64,000 bases of DNA from a bacterium. Its GTDB lineage: Bacteria > Patescibacteriota > Minisyncoccia > Phycocordibacterales > VMGT01. The stretch's first letter is position 1, and each line of letters opens with the position of its first letter. The position numbers were made by a program, and so were the translations under genes. Shown here one piece after another: positions 53,129 to 63,078 of the stretch. The notes beneath the pieces were generated by a model. It made no database searches. It was not told the DNA's origin and saw only the letters and a program-made list of their open reading frames with translations. The stretch lies in contig JAUYPI010000006.1 of NCBI GenBank assembly GCA_030697645.1, forward strand, positions 76,017-140,016. Direction: 5' to 3'.

Positions 53129-54559
53129 TTGCGGCATCATTATCTCTATATCTCTATGGGTTCGAGTCTTAAAGGTTTCGGCGTTATTGGGGTGGTCATT
53201 ATTACCACTCTCACTCTTCTCGTCGGGGGCGCCGTCCTCTATCTTAGTAAATTTAAGAATCCGAAAGTATCGCAAGAAAGTTTTTCGGAAGAACCACTGC
53301 AGAGTGAGAATATTCAAAACGAAGGATCAGAACGAAACGAATCAGACTATCACCATCTGGAGGCTGCAATTGAAAAGAACTATTTTACTCAATGCATTGA
53401 TACCTCCCGCGCTCAGTCGACTCTTTATGAAGAAAAGCAAGATATACCGCAACAACTTGAGGACGATACTGTAATCCAGATAGAACTTGGAAAAGAACTG
53501 GGCTTTTTTACAGCCTTTCTCGCTTCAGAAAAAGATGCACAAATAAATAATCTAACTCAGGGGTTTATGGACCAACGAGCTGGCTACTCAGTAAGATTGC
53601 CGCAAGGCTGGAAACGAACCGAGGCTGGACCCCCTGGTTCTTTCATTGAATTTTCAACCTCAACGATACATAAAACAGGAGATTTGTGGGTTACGATTGA
53701 GCGTGAGACAGACCCCGGCATCTTTCCAAGGTGTAGTGGTTCGGTTCATGATTACTTACCAAAGGGAAATTCTTCTGAATTTTTGGAGAAAACACAATGC
53801 CGAGGGGGTTATTACCTTACACTGCGTCTACGGCGCGACGATCAAAATAGTGATACACACAAAAAATTACTTGAAAAAATAGCGAACAATTTCTACCCAA
53901 TTGACGAAGATTTCCTTCGTAATCGAGGAGCGAGGCCCTCCGTAGTTTTTGATAATCTTGCAACAGATGTCTTAATCCGAGTGCAACTCATGGGAAATAA
54001 AAAGATTCCTCCCAAAGGCATCCTGCGTCTTATCAAGTACACTTCGATACAAGAGGATATCTATGATGATCTCGGTCCACTTTATGATACTGGTATGGAT
54101 GGGGACGAAATTGTAAATGACGGTGTATTTTCAAAGAAAATTTCAGTTAAGGAGAGTGGGCCCAAGCCTTTATTCTTTGGGTTTATTCTCGTGGTTCCCG
54201 ATTCTATGGTTCCAACACGACTTCACGATTTGTTACTTCCGGTTGCAATTCGACAGGATCCCGAGTGTGTGGTGGATAGTTTTGTTGCAGACTTACGTTC
54301 GGGAGATATAGAATCGGCGGGAAAAAAGGTCGGCGAGCGCGTAAAAGAAGGTTTAAGTACCATAGACCAGTCCGCCTTACTCAAACTAGCTGATTCGATT
54401 GAAAGGAGGACTCTTGAGGAGCCCAAAGAAGATAGCGCGAAATGGTACCGTAGTGATTCAAGATCATATGAAATCCCTTGGGATGACGCAGATGGTCCCG
54501 GCTCATTGAGTATATCGTTGTTTAGAGACGCTCTCGGTATATGGAGTATACAGTTTTAG
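53129..54559 (+). CDS. Hypothetical membrane-anchored protein (476 aa), low GC, inserted between atpG and atpD
   Basis: N-terminal TM GFGVIGVVIITTLTLLVGGAVLYL. AT-rich codon usage unlike the flanking atp genes. Confidence 0.5.
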   Translation: MRHHYLYISMGSSLKGFGVIGVVIITTLTLLVGGAVLYLSKFKNPKVSQESFSEEPLQSENIQNEGSERNESDYHHLEAAIEKNYFTQCIDTSRAQSTLYEEKQDIPQQLEDDTVIQIELGKELGFFTAFLASEKDAQINNLTQGFMDQRAGYSVRLPQGWKRTEAGPPGSFIEFSTSTIHKTGDLWVTIERETDPGIFPRCSGSVHDYLPKGNSSEFLEKTQCRGGYYLTLRLRRDDQNSDTHKKLLEKIANNFYPIDEDFLRNRGARPSVVFDNLATDVLIRVQLMGNKKIPPKGILRLIKYTSIQEDIYDDLGPLYDTGMDGDEIVNDGVFSKKISVKESGPKPLFFGFILVVPDSMVPTRLHDLLLPVAIRQDPECVVDSFVADLRSGDIESAGKKVGERVKEGLSTIDQSALLKLADSIERRTLEEPKEDSAKWYRSDSRSYEIPWDDADGPGSLSISLFRDALGIWSIQF

Positions 54560-55951
<1,392 letters not shown>

Positions 55952-55956
55952 CGAAT

Positions 55957-56064
55957 TTCCAATTTCCAAGTGGTCAATTTCCAAGCAAATTTCAAATGCT
56001 CAAATCTCAAATTAAACTTCGTACTTCGGATTTTGTACATCGGATGTCAGCGTCGGCAATTTTT
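55957..56064. repeat. ttggaaatt-family element after the atpD stop, plus copy 1 of a 24-bp repeat (acatcggatgtcagcgtcggcaatt)
   Basis: cgaatttccaatttccaagtggtcaatttccaagcaaatttcaaatgctcaaatctcaaatt. 56041-56064 matches 62938-62961. Confidence 0.6.
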
Positions 56065-56078
56065 TTACGAAATAAGAC

Positions 56079-56504
56079 ATGAAGACCCACACGCTCGGAT
56101 TTATTTTTTCTCCGTCATTCGAGGAGGTGCTGCTCATCGAGAAGCAGCGCCCCGATTGGCAACGGGGGAAGCTCAACGGCATCGGTGGCAAGATTGAATC
56201 CGGCGAGGGCAGTGTTCAGTGCATGGTACGCGAGGCATCCGAGGAATGCGGCCTCTATTCAGAACGCGAAAGCTGGATGTACATCGGCATTATGGAAGGA
56301 TCCGAGTGGTCGGTGGACGTGTACGCACTGATTCATCAAGGAGCGCTCGACGATATTCAAACCACAACGGACGAGGAGGTCGCGTGGTACCCTGTTGCCG
56401 CTCTGCCTCACCATGCGCTCTCAAACGTGCCGTGGCTTATTCACCTCGCAATCGACAAGCTGCGCCACGACAAATTCCATTCCTGCACGGTACAGTATCG
56501 TTAG
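56079..56504 (+). CDS. Nudix hydrolase
   Basis: Nudix box GGKIESGEGSVQCMVREASEECGL. Confidence 0.7.
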   Translation: MKTHTLGFIFSPSFEEVLLIEKQRPDWQRGKLNGIGGKIESGEGSVQCMVREASEECGLYSERESWMYIGIMEGSEWSVDVYALIHQGALDDIQTTTDEEVAWYPVAALPHHALSNVPWLIHLAIDKLRHDKFHSCTVQYR

Positions 56505-56597
56505 GAGTTTTAGAGTGCTGTTTGAGTCATCAACGGCTGTTATCGGAAATATAGCCGCGTATACGCGCCAAGCCATGCGCCGTGCTAGAATAGGAGT

Positions 56598-57962
56598 ATG
56601 CAAAGCGGCACGGTTATAACGCGGTTTCCGCCATCGCCGACGGGTCTATTCCATATAGGGAATGCGCGGACGGCGCTTTTTAACTGGCTTTTTGCGCGGC
56701 ACCACGGTGGGAAAGTGCTTCTGCGGTTTGAAGACACCGACCGCGCACGCTCAAAGTCCGAGTATGAACAAAATATCCGCGATGGCCTCGTGTGGCTCGG
56801 GCTCGATTTTGATAACGCCGAGGAGGCGCCATGGCGTCAATCTGAGCGTACGGCTATCTACCGCGTTCATATCGAGCGCCTGATCGCCTCCGGCAGCGCC
56901 TACGTGTCGCGCGAGCGGGCAAAGGATGACCCGAGTAGGGAAGTGGATCTCGTGCGTCTCCGAAGCGGCGGCAAGAATGTCACTTTTCATGACGAGATCC
57001 GAGGGGATATTACTTTCGATACCACTGAGCTCGGCGATCTCGTTATCGCGCGGAACATTGGTGAGCCGCTTTATCATCTCGCGGTCGTCGTGGATGATTT
57101 CGAGATGGGTGTTACGCACGTGATCCGCGGGGAAGACCATATCTCAAATACCGCGCGGCAAATTTTGATACAAGAGGCGATTGGCGCGCCACGGCCTCTC
57201 TATGCGCACATTCCGCTCATTCTCGCGCCTGATCGTTCGAAGCTCTCGAAACGCCACGGTGCGACCGCGCTCACCGACTACCGCGACCAAGGATACCTCC
57301 CGCAGGCGCTTATAAACTACCTCGCGCTCCTCGGCTGGAGCCCGGGAGACGATAGGGAAGTGTTCAGCCCGAGGGAACTTATCGAGCGCTTCGGCCTCTC
57401 ACGCGTGCAGAAGTCCGGCGCCATATTCAATCGTGAGAAACTCGACTGGCTCAACCGCGAGCACCTTAAACTTCTCTCCGACGATGATTTCTTGGCAGCT
57501 AAAAGAATTTTTTTGCCTACCCGCGAAAGAGAACTTTTTGAGAAGCATCCGCGCACGGCGCGTGCGCTCGTGCCAATCTTGCGCGAGCGCACTGCGACGT
57601 TTTCCGACGTTCGAGCGCTCGCGGAGAGGGGAGAGCTCCTGTACTTTTTTGAAGATCCTATATTCGAGGACGCATCAAAAATTTCATGGAAAGAAACACC
57701 TAATGAGACTACAAAGCGTCACCTGCAGTATCTTGTCGCTATACTCGATGCTGCGAAAGAAAAAAATGATTACCACGAGGCGTTGAATACAACGATCTTC
57801 GAGTACGCGCTAAAAGAGGGGAAGGGGGCGGTGCTCTGGCCGATGCGGTATGCCCTGTCAGGCAAGGACAAGTCGCCCGATCCCATCACGATTGCGACGA
57901 TCGTAGAGAGGGAGGCAACAATCCGTCGTCTCAAAACCGCTATAACAATGTTGGCAGCTTAA
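56598..57962 (+). CDS. gltX: Glutamyl-tRNA synthetase
   Basis: Class I HIGH (PSPTGLFHIGNART) and KMSKS (KLSKRHG) motifs. 454 aa. Confidence 0.85.
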   Translation: MQSGTVITRFPPSPTGLFHIGNARTALFNWLFARHHGGKVLLRFEDTDRARSKSEYEQNIRDGLVWLGLDFDNAEEAPWRQSERTAIYRVHIERLIASGSAYVSRERAKDDPSREVDLVRLRSGGKNVTFHDEIRGDITFDTTELGDLVIARNIGEPLYHLAVVVDDFEMGVTHVIRGEDHISNTARQILIQEAIGAPRPLYAHIPLILAPDRSKLSKRHGATALTDYRDQGYLPQALINYLALLGWSPGDDREVFSPRELIERFGLSRVQKSGAIFNREKLDWLNREHLKLLSDDDFLAAKRIFLPTRERELFEKHPRTARALVPILRERTATFSDVRALAERGELLYFFEDPIFEDASKISWKETPNETTKRHLQYLVAILDAAKEKNDYHEALNTTIFEYALKEGKGAVLWPMRYALSGKDKSPDPITIATIVEREATIRRLKTAITMLAA

Positions 57963-57988
57963 CATACGAAAACGGCCCTCCCGAAAAC

Positions 57989-59305
57989 ATGTCAAGTGCT
58001 TCTACAAATCGCTTAAAATTTTCTATGTTCGCTGTGCGGGCTTGCGTTGGTTTAACCCTCGCTGCTGTGGCTACCGCCGAACATACGAGCGCGCAGTCGA
58101 GCGCTGAAATAAAATCAAAAATAGACGCACATACCGGCGCCGTAGCCTCTCTAGAGCATGAAATCAAACGCTACGAGGCAGAACTTGCTGCTGTAGGGCG
58201 CGACGCCGACACGCTCGAGGGCGCCGTCGCGCGGCTGACGATCTCGATTAAAAAATTTAACGCGGACATCGCCCTTACCGAGCGAGAGATTTCCGAGACA
58301 AGCGCGCGCATTGCGACCCTCAGCGGAAATATTAGCGACAAAGAGCGACGCATCGCACAAAACACAGCGGCAATCGCGGAGACCCTGCGCCGCGTGCGCG
58401 AGCAAGAAGCGGCAACCCTTATTGAAGTCGTGCTCTCGGAGTCGCGGCTCTCCGGCTTTTGGGATTCAGTCGCCAGCATCCGTCAATTTCAAGAGACTAT
58501 TCGAACTGAGCTCGCCTCGCTTCGCGCGGTAAAGACCGAGCTCGAAGGGCTCCGGGAGAAAGAGGAAGATGAGCAACTGGAGCTGATCGGGCTCCGCATT
58601 CAGCTTGCTGACCAAAAATCGCTCGTCGAGGCCGAGCGTCGAGAGCAGCGAGAACTGCTGCGCCTCACGAAAAATAAAGAATCTAATTACCAGGAGCTTC
58701 TCGCGACGAAGCTGGCCGAGAAAGAAGCGTTCGAGCGCGAAATCCACGCGCTTGAGGCCGCGCTTGAGATAGCGATAGATCCTTTAAAGCTCCCCGAGAA
58801 GAGGCCAGGGGTGCTTGCGTGGCCGCTCGAGAGCATTACGGTCACGCAGTATTTCGGCAATACGGATTTCGCTCGAGCAAACGCAGGAATCTACCAGGGG
58901 AAGGGGCACAACGGCATCGATTTTCGAGCATCCGTAGGGACGAGCGTAAAGAGTGCGCTTGTTGGTATAGTAGAGGCAGCCGGCGATACCGATCTGGTTC
59001 GCGGCTGTTCATCTTATGGCAAATGGGTGCTCGTGCGCCACGCAAACGGACTCTCGACGCTCTATGCGCATCTCTCGCTCGTCAAAGTGACCGAGGGGAG
59101 TAAAGTCGCCACGGGGGACATTATAGGTTACAGTGGAAAGACTGGCTACTCGACCGGGCCGCACCTCCACTTCACCGTCTATGCAACGCAGGGCGTGCGC
59201 GTACAGAGGTTTGCGAACAGTGTCAATTGCAAAAACGCATCAATTCCGATCGCTGACCTCAAGGCATATTTGAATCCGCTCGATTATCTGCCGGCGATGC
59301 CGTAA
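57989..59305 (+). CDS. M23-family peptidoglycan metalloendopeptidase with N-terminal coiled-coil (EnvC-like)
   Basis: Signal peptide, long coiled-coil, then C-terminal M23 GHNGIDF...HLHFTVY. Confidence 0.75.
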   Translation: MSSASTNRLKFSMFAVRACVGLTLAAVATAEHTSAQSSAEIKSKIDAHTGAVASLEHEIKRYEAELAAVGRDADTLEGAVARLTISIKKFNADIALTEREISETSARIATLSGNISDKERRIAQNTAAIAETLRRVREQEAATLIEVVLSESRLSGFWDSVASIRQFQETIRTELASLRAVKTELEGLREKEEDEQLELIGLRIQLADQKSLVEAERREQRELLRLTKNKESNYQELLATKLAEKEAFEREIHALEAALEIAIDPLKLPEKRPGVLAWPLESITVTQYFGNTDFARANAGIYQGKGHNGIDFRASVGTSVKSALVGIVEAAGDTDLVRGCSSYGKWVLVRHANGLSTLYAHLSLVKVTEGSKVATGDIIGYSGKTGYSTGPHLHFTVYATQGVRVQRFANSVNCKNASIPIADLKAYLNPLDYLPAMP

Positions 59306-59319
59306 ACGCGCATAACGAA

Positions 59320-59390
59320 TTTCCAAATTCCAAAAAACCCGTCTCCAAACACGACGTGCGTGTTTGAGATTTGATGCATTTTTCGCTTTA
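59320..59390. repeat. ttggaaatt-family element after the M23 peptidase stop; contains the exact 21-mer reverse-complement match to 20368-20388
   Basis: cgaatttccaaattccaaaaaacccgtctccaaacacgacgtgcgtgtttgagatttgatgcat. 59359-59379 is the reverse complement of atgcatcaaatctcaaacacg. Confidence 0.7.
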
Positions 59391-59395
59391 TGCAG

Positions 59396-59554
59396 ATGAA
59401 AAAAGGATATATGAGGCGCAACGCCGGACTCATCACAACTCTTTTACTCATCGCGGTCGGCGTCGGCCTGCTCGCGTATTTTCAAGTTGACTTACGTGCC
59501 CTTATCGGAGCCGCGATCCGTTGGATCGGAGCCTTTATTAGCACACTTCGGTAA
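59396..59554 (+). CDS. Possible small membrane protein (52 aa)
   Basis: MKKGYMRRNAGLITTLLLIAVGVGLLAYFQVDLRALIGAAIRWIGAFISTLR. Below the 60-aa ORF track threshold. Confidence 0.3.
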   Translation: MKKGYMRRNAGLITTLLLIAVGVGLLAYFQVDLRALIGAAIRWIGAFISTLR

Positions 59555-59868
59555 AGGTTTGGTGAGTGATTCCACACTACGTCGACAAATATATCTTGTG
59601 CGACGTTCGGTACAAAACAAAAACGGGCTTCCCTACAATCGAGAGAAGCCCCCCTTTAGTTTAGTCCTGGTCTGTGGCTATTTGGTTATTTTTGTCTCAG
59701 TGGATTAAATGCCCGCTCAAAGGCGGCTTCTTGCTCCTTGGTACTATTATTCGGCTTTCTGCTCATTCTGATTCCCGGGAAGAATATAGTCTTTCGCCTC
59801 GATGACGTGCACAGTCCTACACTCTGGGCATCGTACCCGTCTTCCTACTAACCCATGCTCTTCGATCT

Positions 59869-60186
59869 TCATTGCTCTCTCCTCGTCGCCGGTTCGGCGG
59901 GCGATTCAGGGTAGAACCCTTCGACGCCGAATTGTTGGTCGAGTTTGTCTATGAGCGTGCCCACGTCCGTGCCGTCAGGCATGTTTGCAGTAATGTATCG
60001 CTTCATCTCCTCTGTGATACCTATACCACCAAACATCGGCGTCACGATTACCGTTGGTGCAACAGATTCAGCGTACTTCTGTACGTCATCAATCTTTTGC
60101 ACATTGCGGAACCAAATCACCATCCGTTCCATTATCCCCCTTCTCCTCTCTTTCGCTAGTGACGCAGAAAATGTCCGATCGAACAA
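59869..60186 (-). CDS. Hypothetical protein (start possibly at MERMVIWF, 60132)
   Basis: Its stop overlaps (ATGA) a further 41-codon ORF at 59747-59872 (MKIEEHGLVGRRVRCPECRTVHV...). Confidence 0.35.
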   Translation of the reverse strand: MFDRTFSASLAKERRRGIMERMVIWFRNVQKIDDVQKYAESVAPTVIVTPMFGGIGITEEMKRYITANMPDGTDVGTLIDKLDQQFGVEGFYPESPAEPATRREQ

Positions 60187-60270
60187 ATCGTGCGTCAGTT
60201 TTCCGGGACAACCCTCATTTTTCTAGGGTCACGATAGCACACGGCGCCGACGCCGGCAACTTTTAGTGCG

Positions 60271-60460
60271 GTAACCGCTCACACCTTTTATTTTTGTGCA
60301 TTGCGAGAGGTGTTTAGGAAATGGCGAGCCGAGTAGAAAAATGCAGCTGTCTGAGGCCGACTAGCAAGGCGGCCGAGTTCTGCATTTTTCGTCAAGCGAG
60401 GCGACCCCATTTCGAAAAGACCGAAGCACGAGCACAAAAATAAAAGGTGTGAGTGGTTAC
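60271..60460. mobile_element. MITE-like element: ~29-bp terminal inverted repeats (22 bp exact), nested internal palindrome, flanked by 8-bp direct repeat TTAGTGCG
   Basis: ctcacaccttttatttttgtgc (60278-60299) and gcacaaaaataaaaggtgtgag (60432-60453). TTAGTGCG at 60263-60270 and 60461-60468. Inner inverted repeat gaaaaatgcag...ctgcatttttc. Confidence 0.5.
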
Positions 60461-60508
60461 TTAGTGCGAGTTGGTGCATGATTACATGCCTCGAGTTTCC
60501 ATCCATTA

Positions 60509-60545
60509 TTTGCAATAACAATGCGATCGCTTGCTTATTGCACAT
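60509..60545. repeat. 37-bp nested-palindrome repeat, copy 1 (tttgcaataacaatgcgatcgcttgcttattgcacat) at the 3' end of pepA
   Basis: Outer inverted repeat tgcaataa/ttattgca around palindromic gcgatcgc. 34/37 identical to 62973-63009. Confidence 0.6.
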
Positions 60546-62074
60546 CAAAACTCTTCAACGATTTTAAGCAAGAGGCGCACCGGGGACCCTGCGGCGCCTT
60601 TGGCGAGGTGGTCGCCCTTGGCGGAGGTCATGCGCGGCGCCATGTCTATGTGCACCCACGCCGGGTGGTTTTTGGCGAACTGGTAGAGGAACATGCCGCC
60701 GCCAATGACTCCAGCATGGCGGGTGTTGCCCTCGGCGGGAATGTTCGGGATGTCCCCGAACTCGCCCTTCACAATGTAGTCATACTCATCCCAGAGCGGC
60801 AGCGGCCAGACGTACTCCCCGCTCTCCTCGCCCCATTGCCTGATTTTGTTTGCGAGATTTTCATCGCGCGTCATAATGGCGCTCGCGACCTGCCCGAGCG
60901 CGATGAGCGATGCCCCGGTCAGTGTCGCGACGTCAACAACGAGCCGCGGCTTGTAGCGCTCGGCGTAGGTGAGCGCATCGGCGAGTATAATGCGGCCTTC
61001 GGCATCGGTATTCAGGACCTCGATCGTCTTCCCCGAGAGCGATTTCAGGATGTCCCCGGGTCGGTAGCTTGACCCCGAGGGCATATTCTCCACTGCGGGC
61101 GCAATAGCGATTACATTCTTTTTGAGCTTGAGCCGCGCGGCGAGCACGGTGGCATGAATGACCGCCGCCGCCCCAGACATGTCCATGTGCATCTCATAGA
61201 TGCTGTCTGTGGGCTTGAGGTTGAGCCCGCCGGAGTCGAAGGTAACCCCCTTGCCGCAAAGCACAATCGGCGGCTCGTCTTTCTCGCCCCCGCGATATTC
61301 GAGAACAATAAATTGCGGCTCCTCGCTCGAGCCCTTGGCGACGCCGAGCACCGCGCCCATCCCCTCGCGCTCCATCTCGCGACGTCCCAGCACTTCGACA
61401 AAAATTGGCAAGCCCGCTGCCGCCTCGCGCGCCTTTTCTGCGAGGTATTTCGGTGTCATCACACTCCCCGGCGTGTTCGCAAGATCACGGCACGCATTCA
61501 CTTCCTTCGCGACGGTCTGTGCGCGGCGGAGCGCTTTCTTAAAAGCCAGAGAATCGTCGCCGACGATCACTACCTCCGTGACCTGCTTAAAGCCGCCGCG
61601 CGGCGGCGTTTTGTGGACGTTGAATTCGTAATCTGCAAGCTCGAAATTCTCGACGACGAGCTCGAGCACCATCTCTTTCTCTTTTTCATCTTCTTTCATC
61701 TCACCACCCTTAATCTCACTACCTTGCACGGTTGATTTTCCATTGACACCAATTTTATGCGATCGCTCTAAATTGGTGCTCATTTGGTTGCCCTCGGTTG
61801 ATGCGCCTGATGCAGCCATAAGATTTGGGAAGAGAAACTCGTCGAGAAAAACCGCGATGCGCGGGAGCTTGTGCTCTTTCGCCGCAGTAATCAATTTTCG
61901 CGCTGCGACGCGGAGCTTGCGGAGCGTCATCTCCTCCCGCTTCCCTACCCCAACCGCGAGCTCAAGCCGCCAGCTTGCCTTTTCACAGAGCCGCGTGTCC
62001 TCGCCCTCGGTGAGCCGCACCGGCACAATCTCTTTCGGCAGCGTATTATCTGATGCCGTCAGTGAAATTTTCAT
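60545..62074 (-). CDS. pepA: Leucyl aminopeptidase (M17 family)
   Basis: NTDAEGRIILADAL signature, with VATLTGA and metal-binding Asp/Glu. Confidence 0.85.
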   Translation of the reverse strand: MKISLTASDNTLPKEIVPVRLTEGEDTRLCEKASWRLELAVGVGKREEMTLRKLRVAARKLITAAKEHKLPRIAVFLDEFLFPNLMAASGASTEGNQMSTNLERSHKIGVNGKSTVQGSEIKGGEMKEDEKEKEMVLELVVENFELADYEFNVHKTPPRGGFKQVTEVVIVGDDSLAFKKALRRAQTVAKEVNACRDLANTPGSVMTPKYLAEKAREAAAGLPIFVEVLGRREMEREGMGAVLGVAKGSSEEPQFIVLEYRGGEKDEPPIVLCGKGVTFDSGGLNLKPTDSIYEMHMDMSGAAAVIHATVLAARLKLKKNVIAIAPAVENMPSGSSYRPGDILKSLSGKTIEVLNTDAEGRIILADALTYAERYKPRLVVDVATLTGASLIALGQVASAIMTRDENLANKIRQWGEESGEYVWPLPLWDEYDYIVKGEFGDIPNIPAEGNTRHAGVIGGGMFLYQFAKNHPAWVHIDMAPRMTSAKGDHLAKGAAGSPVRLLLKIVEEF

Positions 62075-62218
62075 ACGTGCAGGAAGTATATATGGTCGTG
62101 TTTTCGTGAGCCACTTGACAAATCAAAATTATGCGTCGCTTGATAGTTTCAGTCTGATACTCTATACTACCCAACAGCAAAACGTTCCTGAAAATGTTCT
62201 TGAGTCTTACCCTTAACG

Positions 62219-62782
62219 ATGGTAGGAGGCAGCATGGCGGCAAGAAAAGAGCAGTTAGTTGCGGAAGCGGAAGCGTTTGCGCGCACGGTCCATGCCAATC
62301 AGGTCCGTCCGAACCGTGTCCGAGAACCCGTTACGTCGCATCTCAGAGAAGTTGCCGAGCTCGTACAACGATCCGGCGGCACTGACGAGGAAATTGCTGC
62401 GGCGTGGCTGCATGACAGTGTGGAGGACACACCAACAACCCTCGACGAGATCATCGTAGAATTCGGGATAGAGGTTGGAACTGCTGTGGGCGGCATGACC
62501 GATCCGCCAGAGTTTGAAGGATTTCCAACTCTTGAGCGTAAAACGCGCCAAGCAGAGCGTGTGCGCCACAAAAATCGAAGCATCAAGCGGGTAAAGATTG
62601 CAGACCAAACGTCGAACTTGCGTTCAGTCGCAGTCGACCCGCCGATCGCTTGGGGCAAACAGAAATGTCTCGACTACATCGAAGGCGCTCGGAGAATAGC
62701 CGTTGTGTGCTACGGCGTCAGCACGTATTTAGACTTTGAGTTTCTTAAGGCCTACCACCGTGCTCTGCAGGCACATTCATAA
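62219..62782 (+). CDS. HD-domain small alarmone hydrolase-like protein (RelA/SpoT N-terminal hydrolase homolog)
   Basis: FARTVHANQVR...HLREVAELV...AAAWLHDSVEDT matches the (p)ppGpp hydrolase HD signature. 187 aa, with no synthetase domain. Confidence 0.6.
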   Translation: MVGGSMAARKEQLVAEAEAFARTVHANQVRPNRVREPVTSHLREVAELVQRSGGTDEEIAAAWLHDSVEDTPTTLDEIIVEFGIEVGTAVGGMTDPPEFEGFPTLERKTRQAERVRHKNRSIKRVKIADQTSNLRSVAVDPPIAWGKQKCLDYIEGARRIAVVCYGVSTYLDFEFLKAYHRALQAHS

Positions 62783-62937
62783 ACAAAACAGCAGCCCGAC
62801 CTACGGGCTGCTGTTCCATTTCGCCTTTAAATAAGGAAGCCGCAAGACATCCGATATCTCCTCTCAGAGGGTGCGTGTAATAACATTACACTGAGCCATA
62901 CGACACCAAAGTGGTCAGGCGAACCTCCATCTTGAGG

Positions 62938-63009
62938 ACATCGGATGTCAACGCTGGCAATTATGTGGCAATTTTGCAATAACTATGCGATCGCTTGCTT
63001 ATTGCAAAT
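62938..63009. repeat. Copy 2 of the 24-bp repeat (acatcggatgtcaacgctggcaatt) followed by copy 2 of the 37-bp nested palindrome; plus T-tract (possible bidirectional terminator)
   Basis: tttgcaataactatgcgatcgcttgcttattgcaaat followed by ttttttta. Confidence 0.6.
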
Positions 63010-63078
63010 TTTTTTATGGCGCATCGAGATAGACGTCTCGCAGCTGGAGCTTTCGTAAGGAGGTAGTGCCTTTGTCAA

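Noticed and set aside
60288-60548. 86-aa minus-strand ORF
   Set aside because: It lies across the MITE-like palindrome 60271-60460 and the 37-bp repeat, so its existence is explained by the inverted repeat structure.
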